From Octopus sinensis (taxonomy: Eukaryota), in contig NC_043012.1 of NCBI RefSeq assembly GCF_006345805.1, forward strand, positions 46,066,001 through 46,130,000: DNA of 64,000 nt. Direction: 5' to 3'. The position numbers and the translations under genes were made by a program. The notes under the pieces are model-generated. The model saw only the letters and a program-made list of their open reading frames with translations. It was not told the DNA's origin and did no database searches. Position 1 is the first letter of the stretch, and each line of letters begins with the position of its first letter. Positions 58,500-64,000 of the stretch are shown in pieces.

Positions 58500-58792
58500 T
58501 AGTCCCAACAATTAGCACTCCGTCGGTTACGACGACAACAACCTGCTCGTGAAATTTACTTCCAAGTGGTTGAGTACTCCACAGACACTAGTGTCAGTAA
58601 ATTAGTTCTCGGTGATATTCAGCATAACACAATATGACAAGGCCGGACCTTTGAAATGCAAGTACAACTCATTTTTGCAAACCGAATAGACTGGGGAAAC
58701 GTGAAATAAAGCGTCCTTCTCAAAGACACAACCCGTGTCGCCGGGTAGGAAACTCACGATCGTGAGCAGAATAATCTAATCCCTAAATCACT
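58500..58792 (-). mobile_element. tRNA-derived SINE, decayed
   Basis: Reverse-complement homolog of 37938-38245. Confidence 0.65.
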
Positions 58793-59372
58793 AAGGATCA
58801 ATGAAGAACGATAAAGCAATCATTATTGACGAACTATTTAAAATCAATGAAAGAAAATCACTAGGTGGAAACGATCAAGAAAGATGCGAAAGTACTCCTT
58901 GAAAATTAGGGTTAAGGTCGAAATATATCTTTTGAGGGGAAAAATGTATTTCTTGAGAGTGTCCATATGTTATTCAAATTTGCTATATCCTACCGCTGTG
59001 TACAGAAAAGCTTTTGTGAAATATATGTATGACGATATGGCTAATGCTAGAATGATTTATTCAAGTGCATGTGCCCTCAGAATCCAGATCATTGACAAAC
59101 TGTTACTCATTACTTAAAGTAAGCAAAAACAAAGAAACGGATTGATCGCTCAATCAAATGGAAGGAGTTTCAGTGTCATGCAAATCTGAGCAATCTCGAC
59201 TGGGTGTGTATGATGATGTTGTTGATGATGATGATGATGATGACGACGGCGAAAAAGCAAATGATAACGATGACCATATTGCTATATGAGTATATATATA
59301 TTTGTGACGTGTATTGTGGAAGTATTATTGCATCTAAACGCACATTTTAAACAAAGTTATAAACCTATGTTG

Positions 59373-59385
59373 AATATATATATAC

Positions 59386-59459
<74 letters not shown>

Positions 59460-59518
59460 TGTATATATATATTTATGTATGTATATGTATATATATATAT
59501 ATATATATACGTATATAC

Positions 59519-59585
<67 letters not shown>

Positions 59586-59670
59586 TATACATAATATATA
59601 TAAATATAACTACATACGTACACACACACAAACACACACATATATGTGTGTTCGTGTGTAGGTTTATACG

Positions 59671-59716
<46 letters not shown>

Positions 59717-59735
59717 TGTATGTGTGTGTGTGTGT
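59373..59735. repeat. (TA)n/(CA)n microsatellite
   Basis: Direct reading. Confidence 0.95.
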
Positions 59736-61644
59736 AAACAGCAAGAAAGCTAGAGGGTGATGGTACACAGAAAGTTGAGGCATGTGTTTACATTGGCATC
59801 TTTATGACAAGCGACATAATATTTAATGTAGTTCATTAGTTAATTTAAATATATACACTAATGTATGTGTGTGTTTGTAGATGTAGTTGTACGCCTGTTT
59901 GGGTGCGCGCACGTGCTATAATGTGTTAAACCCGTTATCTTTACTGCCAGCGTAATATGTAAATCACTTTGAACGAGGCATATATATATATCTGCAAAGT
60001 AATTCCTTGATGAAAATGCAAACCATTTACAATATTTCATTTTAAACTTAATTTTGCTATTTGTTCCATAGAAGAGCATTAACATGGCGGAAATGGCACA
60101 GGGTTTACTGCCTATCAACCTTGTTTTGTCTTTCATCTTTCCGATATCCATAAAATATAACCATAAAATACATCTTTGAATATAATCACTTTCACAAGTG
60201 TAAGAAATGAAAGAAATAGGGACGAATCACGTCGCTGGAAGCCTATAATTTTCTATTTAGTTATTTAAGAATATGCTATCATACCGAATTACCGCTACAT
60301 ACTCTTTGAATATTGATAGAAGTTATAATGAAATGATTTTAAAACGTGGCCATCTGATCTTATGTAAACAAGTGAGAAATATATCAATATCTTACTGAAC
60401 TTATAACATATAAGTATACAAATCGAATTATTGAAATATTGAAGTAGCTAAATATTATGTAACCGAGTGTGGACTCTAAATTACTGTGAAGTAATATCAA
60501 GTTGATATCACAAAATTGAGAAATTGCAGTTTTCCTTGACACAGTATTTCACGAATATAGCAACACAAACTTTAATATGTGAATTTAGGATAAAAGCACC
60601 GAAGCAACTTCCAAATTAATTTATACAAATACGTGTGTTTGACTCCATACTAACTTATGGATAGGCAAACAATACACCAGCACCGGTTGTCAAGTGGATA
60701 TAGGGGACAGAAAAATGCACAAAAAGATACACTGACCCAATCACACACATACACACAAACGCACGCACACACGCACAACATTTATATATGTATGATTATC
60801 TGAACTTTGTGTATAAGCCTTGTGGTAAGTCCACTGAATCATATTCACAGTCTGGTCAACCCGATGTCATCCACAGTAGCGATATAATTTTCACTGGATT
60901 TGCATCAGAAAATACGCAGTTTTTGTTAAATTTATATTTGATGAAGAAAGCGGAAGTTGGAGTTAGTACGAATCTTTATTCACCACACCGTTACAACATC
61001 AGACGTATCCTACGCTCTGTCAATGTACCAATGTACAATTAACAAGAACGACATGCCAAAGAGACCTCAGTATATCTAGCGGGATATATTTGTCTACATC
61101 TACATAAAGTGACACAGCCTTGACGGATAAGGATGTATACACGCCGTCGTGGATGGCGTATGCACACTTGCTCATACAAGCTTCAAAGAAGAGGTAAGAA
61201 TACGTACACATGTGGTTTGGTGCACACACGTTCAAACAGCGAGTTAAATAGCCATTTGGTTCTTATAAGAACGGAGAGGTTAAAGCTAAACTTAATTCAT
61301 CGATGCCTTAAAGTAAATTATGTCAACAGTTACCCAAATTCATTTTCACTGAATTGTGTGAAAGTACATTTATATGCGTGTGGATATTTGGAGAGCATTT
61401 CTGAAATTCTATTAATGATCATCTCAGTGGTCTACAGAATAGACAGGGATTCCTCGGAGCACAGTCGGCATCGCCAGGAAATGAAATGATATACTTAATT
61501 TTATCTTCCTTCAGTCACCACACAAAATCGGCCAAAGATGTTGAATGTCTCGTAATGATTCTCTTGAAGCTGGCGACATGGTTTCAATAAAGATTCTTAA
61601 ATGAATCAACCGTTTGGTCAATGTAAGCCTACGGCCCTTAGATA

Positions 61645-62297
61645 TGGAGCTTTCCACTCGTCATATTTGCAAGTTGTTTGTAACGGATAGACATGAATTT
61701 ACTCATACATAAGTTGACAGCTGGCTATGAGATTTGACAAGGGATAAGTTGTTCACAGATGTCATGAACAACGTAGCAACGAGCACGGTTCATTTATATA
61801 CAAGATTTGTACTCAAAAAGGGGTTCATAAATGGGCACTTTGATTTCTCTTTGCGTGAGTATTTATTATATTCACTTATATGTATATGACAGTTCTGGCT
61901 TCATTTTCCAACGTTGTCGCCGTATTAACTGTATCATAATCATGCCTACTAACACAATTTTGCCGTATTTGTTGCTTTCCATTGCGGCTCTCATCTTCAG
62001 TATTTAGATGCGTATGTTTGCTATATCCAGTAGATGGATTATTGAACTGTTTTCTGTGTAGGTATGTGTGTTTTTGTGTATGTGTGCGTGCGCGGTGCGT
62101 GTGTGTTGGGTAGATTGGATATATATGCTTATATCATAATCTTACTAGTTATCTTTTGCTCTTTGCTACGTTGTTCATGCACCTGTGAGCAACTTATCCC
62201 CAGCCGAATCTCATAGTCAGCTGACAACTTATAACATGTTTGCACATTTGTATATTCGTTACAGACAACTTGCAAATGTGACTAGTGGAAAGCTCTG
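61645..62297. mobile_element. MITE-like element with ~140-bp terminal inverted repeats and TA flanks
   Basis: 61645-61785 is ~80% reverse-complement identical by eye to 62157-62297 (gagctttccact...catgaacaacgtagca); TA at 61643-61644 and 62298-62299. Confidence 0.75.
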
Positions 62298-62339
62298 TAT
62301 ACTACAAATTGGCAGGAGAGAATGCATGCCCTTTGGGTC

Positions 62340-62960
62340 CTTCTTATCAAAGGCATTATTGCGCACCGGAATCCCTCGCTGAGATGTTGTCTGTTTATTA
62401 CTGCTTTATGTGAAGTTACGCATACCGAAAACAAACATCGGGTCATATTGTTTCCAACTTCGATTAGATAATGTTCTACTTTCCAGCCTGTGTCTTCAAA
62501 GTTGTCAAAGAGATGTTTGTGATGGTGGGTCTTTCGAGGAAGCCTTATCTCAGGTGGGTTTGCTACATTCTTTTCCTCGCACAATATGATGATATCTGGT
62601 TTCTTCGTAACTGAAATGGAGAAGAATCTTTTGCACCATGGTAAATATCTAGTTATCTCCAAAATGCCTTCCGAATGTTCATCATACGTAGGACATTTCT
62701 TATTCAGACGGATCTGCTGTCCTGGGTGCACGAAGGGAATGAAACTTTTGGCTATACTTTTGTTTTTCATCTGTGGTTCCTTTCCATTTTTGATTAGAGC
62801 AATTTGGTCCTTTGCAACGTTGAGGAAGATATGTATGAAGAACCACATTGTGTCTCCAGGTATATTTATCTAGCTGAACAACGGGCTCAGATAGATTTGC
62901 GGCTGTTCTTTTAGAGAAATGCAAGCGAGCTCTCTCGCAAAACTATTGCAGATACTTTTT
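62340..62960 (-). mobile_element. Decayed HERO/NeSL-like (R2-group, REL) LINE 3' region
   Basis: KYTWRHNVVL, FVHPG, KPDIIILCE, GWKVEHYLIEVG across frames. Confidence 0.7.
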
Positions 62961-63199
62961 TTCTGAGTTTTGTTACTTGACGTAAACTTCCTATAATTTT
63001 AAAAGAAGGTATATAGGAGGAAGAAGAGCAGATGCTAATAATTACTGGCCGATCTTTCTGACTTCACATGTCGGCAAATTCAAGGAAAGTATTTTCAGAG
63101 CGAGGGGGGCCTATTACGTCCCTGGAAGAAAGATAACTTGGAGGAAACACCTCATTTAGCCATTGTAGCATTTTGACTAGGTACTGAAAGAGTACTTTA

Positions 63200-64000
63200 A
63201 CCATTGGAATGTGGATGTGGTGTATCTTGACTTTGCCTAATCCTTTGATAAAGTTAATCATTGGATGATGATATGGCACAAACTGCGTGACCATTTTATC
63301 GCAGGAAAACCGGAAGAGTAACTATATGTCTTTTTGAAGGAAAGATGTCAAGCAATTACAGTCATTGCTGGTTTCTCTGCGGAGACATCAATTCTCAGCG
63401 GAGTACCTTAAAAAACGGTAATGAGGCACCTACTGATAATGGTGGCTCTCTCAGACATAACCTCAGCCATACAATCAACAACTCTCACAAGAGATAGTGA
63501 TTGTATAAAAGACTCATAGGCAGTCAAGGGCCCTGAGGATATAGTAAAACTAAAAAACAATCTAATGCAATACACAAATTAGTTGATGAAAGTAACATGA
63601 ATCAATGATAAGACGTTTCAAGAATTCCCCTACCGGTCCACAAACAGACAAGAATTGTGATACACAGTCCAATCAAAGACACGGTATCGGTGCGTGACCT
63701 GGGAATCCACATGAATAATGATGCAACATTATATGTGATCACTACCATGATACCAACACTGTGCAGGCGAGTAGCTGGATGGATTCTGATTTGATTCAGA
63801 ACCTAGAAAATGGATGACATGCTATTACTGTAGAAAACTTCTGTACTCAGTCGTCTGGATTACTGCTTCCAACTGTGATAATCGTAAAGCGACAAACGTG
63901 TAACGCCACTACGCAAAGATCAATCCGGTAAAGCAAATGTACTACTGAGAGTGGATAAAGATTTATTTCCTTCAGGAAAGGAATGAAAGATATACAGTGA
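63200..64000 (+). mobile_element. Decayed CR1-like LINE RT region
   Basis: VDVVYLDFA*SFDKVNH, VRDLGIHM, GWIL, SRLDYCFQL remnants. Confidence 0.75.

Noticed and set aside
61627-61637. gcctacggcc matching the 5S rRNA 5' end
   Set aside because: 10-bp match only; chance
62282-62848. 188-aa ORF as a host gene
   Set aside because: Mosaic of frames from a decayed REL LINE

Overview
AT-rich, microsatellite-dense metazoan DNA, most likely intronic or intergenic. The tRNA-derived SINE families, the Penelope-like elements (PLEs) and the (TA)n/(TATG)n/(AAT)n load resemble octopus/cephalopod genomes (inference, no search run). No host protein-coding gene is supported. Credible coding remnants are all transposon-derived: four PLEs (RT + GIY-YIG), two R4/Dong-like and one HERO-like REL LINE, two CR1-like LINE fragments and a mariner remnant. 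The best signal is RNA-level. A ~478-bp tandem array (20.3-23.3 kb) carries one type I hammerhead ribozyme (HHR) per unit and starts exactly at the predicted cleavage site, like a retrozyme. Other minimal HHR folds across the window show all four Watson-Crick versions of the core 3-8 pair (C-G, U-A, G-C, A-U). Several insertions share a back-to-back inverted geometry with 3' ends pointing outward. All folds were read by eye and need computational and biochemical confirmation.
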